64,000 bases of DNA from Kondoa subrosea. Taxonomy: Eukaryota. The stretch lies in NCBI GenBank assembly GCA_039545335.1, contig BCIN01000002.1, positions 2,262,678-2,326,677 on the forward strand, in the 5' to 3' direction. A model generated the notes under the pieces. It saw nothing but the letters and a program-made list of their open reading frames with translations, was not told where the DNA came from and ran no database searches. Made by a program: the position numbers and the translations under genes. This document shows positions 50,220 to 61,341 of this stretch, in pieces (positions within the stretch are counted from its first letter, which is position 1; each line of letters opens with the position of its first letter).

Positions 50220-51328
50220 ATGATAAGTCAACCAGTTGTGCTCATTACTGGTCTGTTCTCACGTGATTGTTTACGGCGTAGTCTGACACTCTAACGTCTG
50301 ACGCTCATACAGGCTGTTCGTCCGGCTTTGGAGCCGCTCTAGCTAATGGTTCGTCACCCGGTCAGGATGCCATAACATTCTGACAAATCCATAGTCTGTC
50401 TCGAACAAGACTTTAAAGTCATCGCGACGGCTCGAAAGCCTCAAAACCTCTCAGAACTCCAGGAAAAGGGTGCGGCTGTGCTGGAGTGCGATGTAACCTG
50501 GTCGACTGTACGTCTGGCTGTCTTTGCGAAAGAAGCACTTGGTATATAGTAGGTATCGACAATTTAAGCGCTATTACCTGCCTGACGAACAATTCAGTGG
50601 ACGTCTAGATTATCTGATCAATAATGCTGGTCAGCTCATGTACGGTGCAATAGAAGAAAATTCGTTTGTTCCTATACGCTTCTTCAGGCAGCGTCAGGAT
50701 ATCTTATGCAGTCCACACAGCCATGAAGCCAATCTCCAGCATGTACATGTCAATTTCCTCAGCGTGGTCAATGTTACCAGTGCTTTCCTCCCTCATTTCC
50801 GTGCTCAGAAAGCTGGAACCATTATCAATATCAGTTCGCAAGCTGGTACTGTGAATATTCCTGGTGCAGGAGTAAGCAGAGCTGTCTTCGAAATTGCCTG
50901 AATTGCTCTGATTCTCTCCATAGCTATACAGTGCTACCAAGGCTGCAGTGGACTCAATCTCGCTCACTTGGGCTAAAGAGCTGGCCGCGTTTAATGTAAA
51001 GGTTTTGAACATCATGCCTGGATCTTTCCGTACTTCTATAGGCAGCAATACATTACAGCCTGATCAGCCAATTGATCATTATGTAGAAACGAGGATTTGG
51101 GCAGAAGGAAGAAGCGCTCGAGGTGGGAAAGAACGAGGCGATTGCATCAAAGCGGCACACAAGATTGTCAAGCTCATGCAAGATCCCGATTGCAAGGCTG
51201 TTCTAGTACCTGTAGGAATAGATGCTGTCACAAATATTGCACGGATCTATGCAGAGAGAGTGGAAGAAGTGGAAAGTGTGCGCGAAGTTGGCTTGCAATT
51301 GGCTTGCGATGATTGGATCGAACCATGA
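50220..51328 (+). CDS. Classical short-chain dehydrogenase/reductase
   Basis: VVLITG/CSSGFG, LDYLINNAG, IINISS, YSATKAA, PGSFRT. Confidence 0.92.
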
Positions 51329-51392
51329 AAAGGCTATTTTGTCTGTATTTCCAATGTACCGTGCCACAACCCTTCCTTTGCATGAAACAGCG

Positions 51393-52336
51393 TCAAATCA
51401 AGTCCGTTCGGTTGAGTACGAATCCCATTATCCACTGAGGTTCAGCCATCGTAATTGTTTCCTTTGCCTTCTTGATAGCTTCCGTCTTGGTTGAACTTCT
51501 TTTGACAAATACCCCATCATAACTTTTCTCCGCTAACTCTAGCTGAAATTGCTTGCCAAATCTTTGTAAGAAAACCTTATCACCCGGTGAAACCTGTAAA
51601 ACAGCCGGATCTAAGATGCCACGGAAGGTACTTGCGTTGTCGCTTAAGAAGATGTTGTTCAGCGGGCCCTCCGGGCTGTCCAAATTTCGTTTCTTGTTGT
51701 GTGAAGCCAATGCCAGAAGTGGTAAGCCAACCACATGATGAGCAAGATCAGTGGCTCGATCAGAGAGAGTGATCATAGCGTGGTGAAGGGAGTGATCTGC
51801 AAGAAACCTTCTGATCCTAAGGCACTGCAAGTAATGTTAAAGCTGTCAAAAGTAGCAGGCAAATGGACAAACCTGATCTCCTGCAGTTTGCCGCATCTGA
51901 TTGATCATAGCGTCGCTTTCGGCGCATTCACTGCATAGCAGGTGCACTTCCGGCGTATAACCTAAAACCATAAGTTCTTCAGTTCGTATATTTCGGTGAG
52001 ATGAGCAGATTTACGAGGTGAATCATCTTCTTCGCTCATTTCCTCCATCTCTTCGTCTGGAAAGCAGCAACAGCACAAGTCTTCGACCATCTCTGCTGGG
52101 AAAAGGACCAAATCGCGAATGCTCTCCAGGATTTCCATTGGTAAAGAAGCCAAAGTCGCATGTCCAGCAGGTGCTTCGCATACAAGTTGCCCGACCGCTT
52201 GACGATTAATGAGCATGAACATGGTTCCATGCGCAGCTTTGTTCTCCTCCCAAGTCGTAGCAGCTTTCAACAAATGAGCAGTCTTCAGCGAATAGCCATA
52301 CACCAACGTTGCACTAGCGCCAAAAGAATTTGCCAT
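51393..52336 (-). CDS. Hypothetical protein with an F-box-like segment
   Basis: Exons 51962-52336 and 51393-51830; LASLPMEILESIRDLV motif. Confidence 0.55.
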
Positions 52337-52469
52337 TTGCGATGGATGTGCAAGAAGAAGAGCATAAAGGAGGAGAAAAGAGGAAAAGACGTAAGGCATG
52401 ACAAAGAATGGAAGACATGAAACTTTTCTGCCACACTCTGTCTATACTGTATCCGGTATCCGAAATCAA

Positions 52470-53030
52470 CCTCTCCTCGACTTGGTAAAATTGGCAGGCT
52501 ATTGAGCAATGCACGCTTTATAGAGCTTTCGATATAAAGCGACCTTTCTCCACTCAGTACAGCATACGATTCCTATCCTCCAGGTCTGGCTCTTTCCTTT
52601 TTCGACTCATGGAATGGCAGGACACGTGTTGTATTTGTTCAGATCTGATCGGGTGGCTGCAAACATTGAAGAAGATGGAAAGAGTTATCTAAATCATAAT
52701 GCATCGGTCCGCTTGAAGGAGAATTTGTAGGAGAAACAGAGTCGGGTGAGAAGATGGGTCAGTCAATAGGCGCAGACTTGGAATGACGCGGATGAGCGGA
52801 AGGCCTGTTATTGCTACAGAAATAGCTAGATCCACGTCGGGTTTGGATTTATGGGAAAGGAGCAAGTTAAAGACTGCGTCGATTGTGGTAGTAACGTTGT
52901 TAGATTGCGGCAGTAAGAGTATTAGATTAGAGACTAAGTCTCTTCAAGTGTTGTGAGAGCAAATTTTCTTGACCGCGGGGAAGAAAGCAATTGCTTGTTC
53001 GGCAGGCAGCGAAGCAATCTCACATATACA
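52470..53030 (-). pseudogene. Decayed C-terminal half of an F-box/RNI-like paralog (relic C), inverted relative to B
   Basis: Minus-strand translation VRLLR..EQAIAFFPAVKKI..*..TTTIDAVFNLLLSHKSKPDVDLAISVAITGLPLIRVIPSLRLLTD..SMFAATRSDL..AVLSGERSLYIESS is colinear with B; contains stops and frameshifts. Confidence 0.75.
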
Positions 53031-54451
53031 TGAGAAGCAAGTCTGAGATAGAATCTTTTGGAAGAAGATTTCCAGAAGCGGATTGACGACAAATATTCGA
53101 GATTCGTTATCACAAGTGCGAAGCTTGATACAAGCGCCTTTCCATCAGCTTTGAATCGGAGAACATCGATCGAGACCGACTGATAGGCTAGTCAGGATGC
53201 ACAGGGGAGCTGTTTCCAATGCTACGGAATGAGATCAGGCGTCCCATTTTGACCATGGCTGATTGGAACGGCTTCGGATTTCCAGCTTGCTTAAAGCAGG
53301 TGAAGCTTGCTATTTCAAGTGATTCAAATATAGACTTAGAGCTTTACTAGAGGGTAGCTATTGCCATTGTCGGACAACAGGATAAGTACATTCGTCAATT
53401 GTTCTCCAGCATTCATGAGGATATTGCGAATGGTGTGCAACCATAAGCTGTTTAGTAAACAAGCCATTCCTTGCAATCTTGGCCTCTTTGACCCAGACCT
53501 GCATCTTTTGCTATTCTTCTGTCCACCTTGCCCAAACCCCTTGGTTTGCTACGGATTCTGCTGTCCTTCAGCTCACAGTTGATGTTGTCAAGCTATGTGG
53601 TATAACTCTCAGGAGAACATGCTAGATCGATGTTTGGAACGGAGCAAGTATATTTTGCGAACTCAAAGGTCTTCATTTCACAATGAGATTATTGGTAGCA
53701 CGTCCGGTTCTGCCTGACACTGAGCAGTCACGGCAAGACTCTTCTCAGCCGGTTGCATCTGAAGCCTTCCTTGCTTCTGGCATAATATGCGTTGCAAAAG
53801 GCATCCTGGTGTTTTGGAGATCGATTCCTGCCCATCTGTGGATGGAAGACCAGGTAGTGTAATTGGCAGTATTGAAGATCCGGTCTAGCACTCGTCTCAT
53901 CTCTGGACCCTGTCTCGGGAAAACTTTTCAGCGTGGATCCAGGTTCATGCTCACACAGAGCTATGCATGTTGCGACCCAGCGGCTCGATAATAATCTTCT
54001 TGCTGCATTGCAATGCTGCTCTGGTCTCCTGCCAACCGTTTCGCACACGTTATGCAAACCTTTGTGCAAAGCTGTCTCTGCTTTACTAGTTGCCTGTCTC
54101 TGATGCTGTCGTGGGCCGCCTTGCTATCCTGTCTCTGATCTAGGGATCTTGAGACATGGCTCGTCTTGACGCTGGCAACCCTTCTCCCTGCCATGAAAAT
54201 CCACCTTGTTTCCGTCCGAGCCTACACACAAATCAATCGCTTAGTCTTCAGAAAATCTTCAGGCGGCTCTGGATGATACAGCGTGCATCTGCTATCTTAT
54301 CTAATCAATGTCTCTCAATCTTATATCTGACTCTCCGTGTTGTAGATCCGATCTGAGTCAAGATGGTTTCCGGTTGCACCATCAGCAACCTTCTAGGCCG
54401 AGCTCTAGGCATTTGCAACCTAGCCATCTTGTCTCTCTGCAGCCATTCAAG

Positions 54452-56930
54452 ATGAAGCTCATCGCATTGCTTTTGCTCATTTCTACTGCAGCAGCCTTCG
54501 GAGTGCAACCTCGTCCTGCAAAACGGGCGGCAGCTCCCAAGCCTGTCTTCAAACAAGCAACTAGACAACAGATTGTCAATCGAGCTAAAGGTCTTCGCAA
54601 ATCTGTTCCGCTGGCTAAAAGGCAAGAAGTAGGAGGAGGAATCAATGTTGGTCCTGGAGTTAATCTACCGAGTGAACCTACCGATTGTCAATCCGATCCA
54701 AACGGCTGCACCACCCCACCAGTTGACTGCACCTCTGATCCTTTCAACCCGGATTGTGTATCATCTCCGCAACCCTCTGGAGGTATGACAAGTGGACTGC
54801 TTCAAAAGCTTTTCTGATCCAATTCCATACAGGTATAACTCCTGAAGTACCGCAATGTGATGGTGGTATGGCGCTCTCTCTTCCGTCGTTTGTGTACTTG
54901 GCTTATAATCTTGGGCGACAGGTTATGACTATGTTGGTGTCTCACCTGCTTGCGTAATGAATACCACTGACTACTTTTCGAAACAGAACGAAGACACTAT
55001 GGCTTGCTGTGATGCTGACTCGCCTGTATAGTGAGTCTTACAAGGTCTGCTCGATACAAAAATTGATATAGTGCTCAGTACAAATGATGGCAAATGTTGT
55101 CCTTCGGGTGACTATCTCACCAACAAGCCGCTCTTCTGATCTTATTGTAGTCATATAGGCGCGGTGCAATCTAACTGCCCTTTGGATAACGGTGGTGGTG
55201 GTCCAATCCTTTTGAAAAGGCAATTTGGAGGTGGTTTGCCGACACCAGTCACGGATTGCTGTTCTGGCGGTACAATCTACTCAGATGCAAGCGGCACCAA
55301 GAGATGCTGTCCTTCAGGTCAAGTTCAACAAAACAATGCATGCTGTGTCTCAGGCACCTTTCCAAAGACGACATCCGATGGCAAGACAGCTTGCTGCGGA
55401 AATGCTGATGATACTGCCTACTCCACGCCATATGGCTATGCTGGATGCTGCAGCTCAGAAGACACGGTCGATGGTCAAACATGCTGTCCAGCAGGCGCAA
55501 AATCATACACCAGCTACAATGGGCCGGCTTGCTGCTACAGTGACAGCAAACTCCTCTCTGTCGATAAACAAAAAGTGTGCTGTAGTAGTGACGCTACTCA
55601 AGCGTTCGCAGTGGGTGACGGTACTTATGGCTGTTGCTCGGGGCCGATTGGTGAAGACTTCAATGGGAAAAAGTCCTGCTGCTATTCGGGAGTTTTGAAC
55701 GCAAACGGAGCTTGTTGCGAAACGTCTTACTCGCCAGATGGCGGTAATGATCTCATGTGCTGTCCTGATGGTGTGTCTTCATGTTTTACATATGCCCGTG
55801 CTCTTTTAACGGCGATGTTTCAGGTACAACGGGGACTGGCGCTCTATATCATTATGGAGGAGGTGAGTATTCTTCTTTGGTTCACGTTTTATCTAACGTC
55901 GACCATTCTTTCTAGATGGCATTGTGCTTCAATACGGCTTTTGCTTTTCATGTCCCTCTGGATACTATGGAATGGCAAGCGGTCCGGGTGCTGAAGGAGG
56001 CTGTTGTGATAATTTGAGTAACATCCGATTCAACGGTGAGTACGAAGGCCTCATACAAGACCTGTCTTGCGCTGAACTACTTCACTTCTTTAATAGATGA
56101 GGGAACTGTAGGGTATTATGATTCTTCGTTAATGCCACACTGATCTGTTGAGGTCTCTAGGCTCAATATTGTACTTCCGGTGGCTCTAAGAGAGGTTTGC
56201 CAGCCAATAAGGGTCCCTCGATTACACATTCTGGCAAGAACATTACTATAACCAGCGCACAAGGCACTTCCAAAGTCACTCTGTCGCCCAAACCTTCCGG
56301 GCCCAAGGCAGAAGAAAAGAAGGCAAAAATGGTCGTGAACCCTGGTCATCGCACTCTCCTAGACGCTGATCTTGCTGTCAAATGTAAGTCCATATGTATG
56401 TCAAAAACTTCGACTGATCTCAATTGCCTAGATATATTGGGTCAAGGCGTATTCGAGCACAACGGGACAGTCTACAACGACATGGAGACCCGAGTCAGAG
56501 CGCGAAGAAACATAGGATCTTTCGGTCGTTTACGTCGAGCTGTTGGGTTCGACAAGATGACTTTGTCTCTAGCAAGAAAACTCTTCCCCAATGTGAGCCT
56601 TCTCATCATGAAGATTCTTGCTCTCATAATCGTCGACAGTTCTACAAGGAGAAGGAATTTGCTCTGTCTAAGAATTACAAGATAAGGACGGACGATATTG
56701 TGAGCCCGATATCAACAGTCACAAAGACCTTGTGCTCATGCGTTTGCTAATGTCAGTTCGACATTTACCTCAAGCTGGCAGCTGATCCCGAATTTGAAAG
56801 TTTCCCCTTCGCTGGAGTTCACATTGACAGAAGCATGCTGTTCAAGCTGGCTTCCATGTCGCCTAAGTATATCGATAACGAGGAAGTCATCCCGTTCTTG
56901 AAGAAGCACAGACCGATGGAGGAACTATGA
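54452..56930 (+). CDS. Secreted cysteine-rich (CC-repeat) prepro-protein with several KR sites and an unknown C-terminal domain
   Basis: Signal MKLIALLLLISTAAA; basic propeptide; LAKR|QEVGGG, LLKR|QFGGG, GSKR|GLP; more than 15 CC doublets; multi-exon, ends ..RPMEEL*. Confidence 0.8.
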
Positions 56931-57190
56931 GGCAAATTATGGGTTACATCTACTGTATAGTGTCATTTTGGGTTGTCGTACTGCTGTACTGGGTCGTATA
57001 TATGGTGGGTTGTATATGAATTGCTGGTCTTGTATATAGCGGGAACAGAAGCTCTGAATAAAAGCAGGGCGCATTAAGTTTGTGGCAGACTCTTGACTAA
57101 ATAACAATTGCGCAGATTGCTTTTCTGCTTGTTGCTCGATTCAGGCTTAGCGCATGCGGTGCCACATGTAACCAGAAATAATTACAAGGA

Positions 57191-57830
57191 TCAGACAGTT
57201 GCACTTAAACTAGTGACGCAGGAAAGAGAAGATCTATAGGTCTCAAATGCGGAGCCGTTGACTTTGCGCGTTTGTCTTCGTGCGTCAGGGTTGAACCAAT
57301 GAGTCATGGACCAGATAGGCTTGTGCTCGACGGTTAAGATAGATTGTTCAAAGCTGGCATCGACGCGGCCGCTTGAACGACCTTGAGATTCTGGTAGGGC
57401 AGAGAATTTGCTGAAGAAACTACTCGCTCTCCCACTTCGCGAAAGCGAAAGAAATATTAATGCCACAACGCTCTTTTCGTAGCCTGCAATCGCAATCACA
57501 TCCTTTGACAGTATGTTTGGAGTGACTTTCAGTGGTCGCCAAGACCTTGAGCGATCTTCCCATAGCGAGCGAACATTTCTGCGGGCGTCAGACTTCTGCA
57601 TGCCTCGAATAGATCTCTGCACGACTTCGATTTGACCCGCATAGAGAAAGCATGTCTTCCAGCTTTCCTTCGCTGTCGTTGTACATGTACAAGATTAACG
57701 TCCAGCCATAGCTCACGCCATAGCTCATTGAGCATTGCTTGCGAAGCCATTTGCAAGTTTCTCCCTTCGGTAATTGTGCAAGACGACCTTGTCCTTCGCT
57801 ACCTGATCGAACACCTTTTGCATCTACGCT
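57191..57830 (-). pseudogene. Possible decayed F-box-type gene
   Basis: Fragmented frames GRLAQLP..TCKWLRKQC / LNELWRELWLDV / downstream ORF 57191-57622, with no clean splice joins. Confidence 0.3.
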
Positions 57831-57955
57831 TCCAACAAGTGGCGAGCTATACAGAGCTGTCTGTACCAGTGGAGGGTTATCGCGAGAGGAATCGCTTGAC
57901 CGAACTAAAACAAGGGTCCCGTTTCCGTAAATCTTGTCAGATGAGGTATGCGGCA

Positions 57956-58473
57956 ATGCAAGTTCAGAATAGCAGCGGTCAGCTATCATGGTCCTCCGAA
58001 ATTATCTCAACTGAGCCCTTAACCGCTTAGATCCCATACATCTCAAATACATGCAACTGGCTCTCGACCAAGCTCGTAAATCTTACTACGTGCCAACAGC
58101 ATTTTGTGTCGGTGCTCTAATCCTCTCGGCAACGAACGAGATCCTTTCTACTGGATACTCAAGAGAAATTCCGACAGGCAATGAAGGAGAAATCCATGCT
58201 GAACATGCAGCTATCTTGAAAGCACAATCATCATTAAAAGGAGCGAACATATACACTACCATGGAACCCTGTTCAGTGCGGAAGAGTGGTAGTAGACCTT
58301 GCGCGGAACGAATCATTGAAGCGAAGTTCAAGAGAGTTTATCTCGGAGTGACGGAGCCAGGGGATTTCGTTATCTGTGAAGGAACACAGAAGTTATTGGA
58401 TGCTGGAATAGAGGTGATCAAGGTAGAGGGACTGGAAGAGCAATGTATAAAGGTAGCTAGAGGGCAAAAGTGA
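57956..58473 (+). CDS. Stand-alone zinc deaminase, Rib2 DRAP-deaminase-like, copy 2
   Basis: MQVQNSS/DPIHLKYMQLAL..HAE..MEPCSVRKSGSRPC; same intron position and TGCGGCAATGCA start context as copy 1. Confidence 0.9.
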
Positions 58474-58620
58474 AGAGTTCAGTGGAGTCCAGCAAGAATA
58501 TTAAGATGAGCATGCGCGGCAGCAAGAGGTAGCCTTGTGATTTGAATGTGGTGCGTAATGCCAGAAGAAACAGAAGAAATGAGTTAGACAAAAGGTCAAC
58601 GAAAACGAAACGATACGATA

Positions 58621-59814
58621 TTACGATAATGCTATTACCAAATGCAGCCAACCATCAACGCTCGTTAGTGTACTTGCCAAGAAGCCAATCTCAGCGTCTA
58701 GCGGTAGCTTGATGCCTTGAGCAAACACTTGACCCAGAGGTTTCGTTGCTACGAAAGAAGCAGTCATATCGCCGCCTCGAGGTGGAAAGATGAGTGGTAT
58801 TATATTTGAGAGGATGAGATATAATGTTGAGGGTATGCCTTTTCATATTTCTTGGATCAATAGGCAATTTTGCAAAAGAAGTAAGCCCGACGAACCGTTA
58901 TTCATTGGAGGAACGATATCTTGCATTGCTGGGACATTATCTGGCAAGTATATCCGCAAGGGAACGCTTCGCATAGCGTTCGCTTCTGGCAGCCTTCCAT
59001 CGTTCAATGTAGAAGGCGCTTGAGCATCCGAAGCTGGTGAGGGTGTCCGCGAAGACAGCGAAGGTAGAGGTATCAATTTCGAAGCCACGCTCCAGAAGCG
59101 ATCAAAGTCATCTGTCAGTTCAAGAGGTCAGGCCCGAGCAATCGATATTGCAAGCGCGAGACAATGTGACTGACTTTGTACCACGCCTTCCCATAAAGCA
59201 TCCTGATCAATTTTTCTGAGCTGAGTTACTCTCCTCGTACTACCCCATCTGACAAAATCCGCTTCCTTGACCAGATTCATGAAATTCGTTCGACATGCGT
59301 CGATTGAAGGCCCAAGCAGTAAAGTAGCAGAAGGTGAGTGCAAGTGAATAGTTATATCAAGAGGTTGTATTTGAGCTATCCGCGTTGCTGTGCTTGTCTG
59401 TGCAGAGCAGTAATCGTAAAGTAGACCTATATGCCAATGCCTAATGCGACCATCTTAGCTCTATACCACTGAAAGCAGCCACTTGAGCGCACCGTACCAT
59501 CTAAGCGGCATTCCTGCATGTTCAAACCATATAGATTCCTCCTTGAGCGTTGTTAGCGCTTGCTCATCCAGCACGAGTTCCAGCAAGTGTTTCCGTATTT
59601 CAGGCAGGAGAAGAGGCAAGTACGAGTTTCGAGGTGCTTGCAGCTATAAACCAGTCTCAGATTGAAGCACAGATTGGTCTGCAAGAAGACGCACATAGAA
59701 ACAATCTATCGCTCGGTCTGAAGTTGCTGAGAGGTCTTCTGCCGCAACTCGAACGCAGAGAGGTACGCTGCCGCCAAAGACTAGGTTACGAGCACTGCTG
59801 GCTGTTGTGGCCAT
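58621..59814 (-). CDS. ATG5: Autophagy protein 5
   Basis: LVFGGSVPL, PRNSYLPLL, WFE..PLRW/HWHIGLLYD, FMNLVKEADFVRWGS, VPLRIYL, QGIKLPLDA, DGWLHLVI. Confidence 0.95.
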
Positions 59815-59882
59815 TGGCTGAGAGCGAATGAGATGATATCTTCTGTTGTCTCCAGCGCCGTTCAATACCTACCCTGTGATAC

Positions 59883-59945
59883 CAGAGCAGCTCCCCTGTG
59901 GCCTCATCAACAGCGAGCGTAATGCAACAGGGAGGCTCTGCTCTG
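59883..59945. repeat. Imperfect inverted repeat (hairpin) upstream of ATG5
   Basis: CAGAGCAGCTCCCCTGT .. 27 nt .. ACAGGGAGGCTCTGCTCTG. Confidence 0.55.
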
Positions 59946-60313
59946 TTCAGGCCTTCGAGTGAGTGCCGATTCGTCAAATAGCAAGTATTTACTTATCCAA
60001 GTACTGCAAGCAGCTTTTGTATATGCTATACTACAATATTCTGATCAACCGGACCAAGAAGTCATGATCACACCTTCCGCTGTAGTTCCTCTGCTTACGT
60101 AAGGCAGTCGTGCCTTTATGTGCCATCTCTAGCCCTCGCCTGTCGTGGACATTCATGCCTTCATATCTCAGATTTTGCACAGATTTATGGTCCCGCATCA
60201 TTCAATTTGATCTGTACTACTGCATTGCATAAAGTTGCTTCGGGCAAATTCGTCTCAAATTCAAATGGTATATTGCTTTTCTCTTTCCTTTCCGTTGTCA
60301 GCATACTACGACA

Positions 60314-61056
60314 ATGAAGCTTTTCACATCGATCCTGCTCTTCGCTGCATCTTGCCAAGTTTTCGCAGCTCCCACCTCTGCAAACCTGCAAACTTATCTT
60401 TCCTTCGCCGAGACTATCAATACTGCAACCGAAGTCAATGATCTCTATGCAGTAGCTCTTTATGAGATCTCTCGTTTGAGCGATTTGCCAGCTGCCAAGG
60501 AGCTCATCGAAGCACTCAGCAGAGCACCAGAATCGCTTATCTCCGCCATTGATTACACTGATATCAAAGGATGTGCTGACGACTCGGTCTTGGACTGGAT
60601 GAGTCATCATCCAGGTCAAACTGTTCTGACAATGTGAGAGCTCAAATTGTCCGGATCAGAGATGTCAGCCGAAGTTCCGATAGTGTAGAAGCCGTGTTGA
60701 TTATTGATGCGAGCTTGTTGGCCGGTCCTTTACGGGGAATGATGGGCTTCGGTGCGATCGGTGTCAGAGCTGGTCCATTACCATTTACAAGCGTTTGATG
60801 TGATGATGCTTATTTCGGCACTGCAGGTTCGCTCGCTGCCAAAATACAGCGCTACCTCACTCCACTCATGAAGCGTAGTACCTTTGCGTGCCTTCAAAGC
60901 ATTGCTGCCGTCGGAAAGGGCTATGGTGTGAGTTCTTTTTTTGCAGTTGACTGTCTATATCCGCCCACTGATTCAAATTAGAAACATGCGGTGGGTATCA
61001 TTGGACGCATCTTAGGTGCTATAGGCGCTCTGCTCGGACATCTCTTTGGATACTGA
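60314..61056 (+). CDS. Secreted/membrane protein with an IFI6/IFI27 (ISG12)-like motif
   Basis: Signal peptide; spliced MGFGAIGVRA/GSLAAKIQ..STFACLQSIAAVGKGYG/KHAVGIIGRILGAIGALLGHLFGY*. Confidence 0.7.
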
Positions 61057-61341
61057 AGATTTCGAGGCACGGATAGCCATGGTTAGCAAAGATTGGGGCA
61101 TGAACGAGTGATATGCCTGTAGTAAGAAGCTTGGGCATGAATTCACATACCCCGGTTGAACAACTCTGGCCTTCACCGGGAGTCTGGAGATCTCGAGCGG
61201 CCATATCGGATTACGTAAGCGAAACAGGACCTGGATCTCTGCAAGCTTTTTTACACACACAGTGAATGCCGAAGCAAGCGTGACTTTGTATACCATAGAC
61301 TCCTCGTCTGCCATTATACCTGTTCGCATGCAGTTAAGAAG

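Noticed and set aside
49939..50221. Minus-strand small ORF/exon with gtaagt donor overlapping the SDR start
   Set aside because: No unique convincing splice product or homology; likely promoter sequence.
53040..54200. Protein-like fragments on both strands and a thrice-repeated CAGAGACAG word
   Set aside because: Stops in all frames and no recognisable family; may be another relic but cannot be supported without a search.
57632..58030. 132-aa plus-strand ORF upstream of deaminase 2
   Set aside because: Its 3' end is deaminase exon 1 read through the intron; copy 1 supports the ATG at 57956.
59865..59876. ATACCTACCCTG resembling the U1 snRNA 5' end
   Set aside because: Mismatches ATACTTACCTG and lacks U1 loops and an Sm site.
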